The notes beneath the pieces were generated by a model. It saw only the letters and a program-made list of their open reading frames with translations, ran no database searches and was not told where the DNA came from. This document shows, piece by piece, positions 61,623-64,000 of a DNA stretch of 64,000 bases. The stretch comes from Candidatus Poribacteria bacterium. GTDB taxonomy: Bacteria; Poribacteria; WGA-4E; WGA-3G. Position numbers and translations under genes: made by a program. The stretch spans positions 4,352,001 to 4,416,000 of the forward strand of contig OZ244048.1 of the NCBI GenBank assembly GCA_965215265.1. The letters run 5' to 3'. Numbering within the stretch: the first letter of the stretch is position 1; every line of letters begins with the position of its first letter.

Positions 61623-63377
61623 CTACAGTACTTCTCCGAAATCAAGTTCGTCTTCTTGTGTCAACCGTAGTACTTCGTCAACGGTTGTAGCCCCGGCAGT
61701 GACTTTTCGCCAGCCATCCTCACGAAGGGTTTTCATGCCTAATTTCACCGCGAGCCGCCGAATGTCGCTGGTTGAGGCTTGCTTTAGTGCCGTTGCACGG
61801 AGTTCTTCACCCATGAATAGAACCTCAAAAATCCCAATTCTACCTTTATATCCTCTGCCGCTGCACTCCTTACACCCCACGGCTCTCGGAATTTTCAAAT
61901 CTGCTGGCAAATGCCCTTTGTTGGTATTAAAAATTTCGGCAATTTCGTTCGTATCGGGTTCGTACATTTCGCAACACGCCAGACAGACGCGACGGGCAAG
62001 TCTCTGCGCAATGATTCCTTCCACTGTTGAGGCCACGAGATAGGGCTCAACCTTCATATCAATAAGCCGTGTGATCGCGCCTGGGGCATCGTTGGTGTGG
62101 AGCGTACTAAAGACGAGGTGTCCTGTTAGAGCCGTGTGAATTGCCATCTCTGCAGTTTCATAATCCCGAATTTCGCCTACCAGCACCTTATCCGGGTCTT
62201 GACGTAAAATATGCCTGAGTCCGGCCGCAAAGGTAAATTCGATATCCGGATTGACCTGGATTTGGTTAATTCCTTCTAATTCGTATTCTACGGGGTCTTC
62301 AAGCGTGATAATTTTAACGTCCGGCGTGTTAATCTCTTTCAAACATGCGTAGAGGGACGTTGTTTTTCCACTGCCTGTAGGCCCTGTGGCGAGGATGATA
62401 CCGTGCGGTTTACGAATCATCCGGTGAAAGAGGGCGAGATTGTCTTCCGTTAATCCGAGTTCTGCTAAGCCAAAATCAATTGACTGCCGATCAAGAATTC
62501 TGAGCACGACACTCTCGCTGTGAAGTGTTGCGACGGTAGGGACGGTGGAGACACGGAGATCTATTTGCCGGTTACCGACGCTGCCGATTTGCCGGTTAAT
62601 TTTTCCATCTTGTGGACGGCGACGTTCAGCCACATCCATACCGGCCATAATCTTAATTCGTGAGATGATTGCAGACTGAAGATATGCCGGTGGATGTGGT
62701 TGGTCTTCTAAGACACCATCCACACGGAACCTGATTTTGAGTTGCGTCGGATACGGTTCAATGTGGATATCACTTGCCCCCATTCTAACAGCATCGATGA
62801 TCATCTGGTCAACAGCATTTATAACTGTTGGGTCTTGGCTGAGATCTTTCTCGTCAATACCGAAATCATCAATAGTTTCACGTGCAAAAATTTCGGTTTC
62901 ACCCACTGGCCCCTTAATCCCTGCGCTCATCAGACTATCTGCTGTTCGTCCATAAAATCTAACGATCGCATCATCTATTTCAGCCTCATCGGCGAGGACC
63001 GGCATAATCTGACAGTTGGTGATAAGTTGAATTTCATCAATCAATACGATGTTTAGGACATCCGCCATAGCCACTGTAAGGATATCTGAATCCAATTCAA
63101 TCGGCACAATCTTATTTCGATAGGCAAAGCCAGGGGATACTTTTTCAAGTGCTGCTTGTTCGGGCGTTATACCCTCCAATTGAATGCACGGGGTACCGGA
63201 CTCAACGCTCTTTGTAGCGAGTTCCAGAGCTTCAGGTGTTACGTGCTTCGCGAGTACTGTTGTATCAGGGGCACCACTCTCTTTAATTTCTGCTAAGATT
63301 TGTTCGTACTCTTGTTCGGAGATTAGTGTTGCCTGCCGCATCACGTCAACAAGTGAATTATTTAGAATATTTTGCAT
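61623..63377 (-). CDS. gspE: T2SS/T4P assembly ATPase
   Basis: ASDIHIEP, GPTGSGKTT, LRQDPD, STLHTND, tetracysteine motif. Confidence 0.92.
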   Translation of the reverse strand: MQNILNNSLVDVMRQATLISEQEYEQILAEIKESGAPDTTVLAKHVTPEALELATKSVESGTPCIQLEGITPEQAALEKVSPGFAYRNKIVPIELDSDILTVAMADVLNIVLIDEIQLITNCQIMPVLADEAEIDDAIVRFYGRTADSLMSAGIKGPVGETEIFARETIDDFGIDEKDLSQDPTVINAVDQMIIDAVRMGASDIHIEPYPTQLKIRFRVDGVLEDQPHPPAYLQSAIISRIKIMAGMDVAERRRPQDGKINRQIGSVGNRQIDLRVSTVPTVATLHSESVVLRILDRQSIDFGLAELGLTEDNLALFHRMIRKPHGIILATGPTGSGKTTSLYACLKEINTPDVKIITLEDPVEYELEGINQIQVNPDIEFTFAAGLRHILRQDPDKVLVGEIRDYETAEMAIHTALTGHLVFSTLHTNDAPGAITRLIDMKVEPYLVASTVEGIIAQRLARRVCLACCEMYEPDTNEIAEIFNTNKGHLPADLKIPRAVGCKECSGRGYKGRIGIFEVLFMGEELRATALKQASTSDIRRLAVKLGMKTLREDGWRKVTAGATTVDEVLRLTQEDELDFGEVL

Positions 63378-63611
63378 TTTAGCGATTCCTGTCGGCGGTT
63401 CTTATTCATATCCGTCCGCTCTTCAAGTTTTTTTATTTAGTTCGCTACAAATAAATGTGTGTTTCAGGGTTATAACTTAAGACGTTTATGGAGATTGATA
63501 AGTTTAACAAATAATGTCTAAACGCAACTGTAGATATCAGAAACTTCTAATTGCGAGAAAGGTGACCGCCGTTTTATACGGCCCTCTTGAAACCTGTCAT
63601 TCAGAAAAAGG

Positions 63612-64000
63612 CTATTTTGCCTTCTCGATTCGCCGGATTGCGGTTTTCGCAGACTTACGCACACGCGAAGAAGTATCGTTCAGTGCAATCTTCAACGCTT
63701 CTAACACTTCCGGAAGTGTAGCCCGCATTTCGCCCAGTTCATCAGCAGCGTTCCGCCGTACATCATCAGAGGTATCCGTTAGTGCTTGCAACAGTGCGGG
63801 TACAACTATGCTAACCGCGTTTCCTGATTCTCCTAGGGCACCAAGCACATCAACAATGGCCCCACGTGTTAACGCGCTTTCACTGTTCTTAAGTGCACTT
63901 GCTAACATCGGGGCAAGAGTTGTATGAGCCTGTTTACCGAGTTCAATTAGTGCGCCCTCTGCTTTCTCTCGCACAGATTTCGAACTGTCTGCTAGTGCCC
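63612..64000 (-). CDS. HEAT-repeat protein (5' end outside the window)
   Basis: ALTDTSDDVRRNAADELG, ALNDTSSRVRKSA. Confidence 0.75.
   Translation of the reverse strand, partial: ALADSSKSVREKAEGALIELGKQAHTTLAPMLASALKNSESALTRGAIVDVLGALGESGNAVSIVVPALLQALTDTSDDVRRNAADELGEMRATLPEVLEALKIALNDTSSRVRKSAKTAIRRIEKAK

Noticed and set aside
1-64000. rRNA, tRNA, tmRNA, RNase P or known riboswitches
   Set aside because: No recognisable signature found by eye; a covariance-model search would be needed to exclude them

Overview
Bacterial chromosomal window, mostly minus-strand genes. By inference it is from Ca. Poribacteria or a relative (DUF6785-type membrane proteins; secreted proteins ending in a VExxxKxAxTWGxxK motif). 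It holds housekeeping genes (sat, infA, modABC, coaE, cysteine synthase, Nth-family glycosylase, oxidoreductases), three DNA methyltransferase/R-M loci, an Rpn nuclease with a truncated duplicate, a DxDD triterpene cyclase plus GT2 pair, a TonB-dependent receptor and a type II secretion cluster (gspE-F-G-H-I-J-K, PilM/N-like, gspD). The most striking signals are non-coding. (1) About 23 copies of an ~87-nt structured, A-tailed dispersed element occur as monomers, tail-out dimers and a 4x tandem, inside genes (in frame and frameshifting), and in most T2SS intergenic gaps; three copies carry the same stop-terminated protein tail at their 5' end. (2) A 128-bp-period array with a promoter-like sequence pointing into it lies next to a type IIG R-M gene. 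(3) That R-M gene is broken by a C9 tract, a candidate phase-variation switch. All calls come from reading the sequence; no database searches were run.
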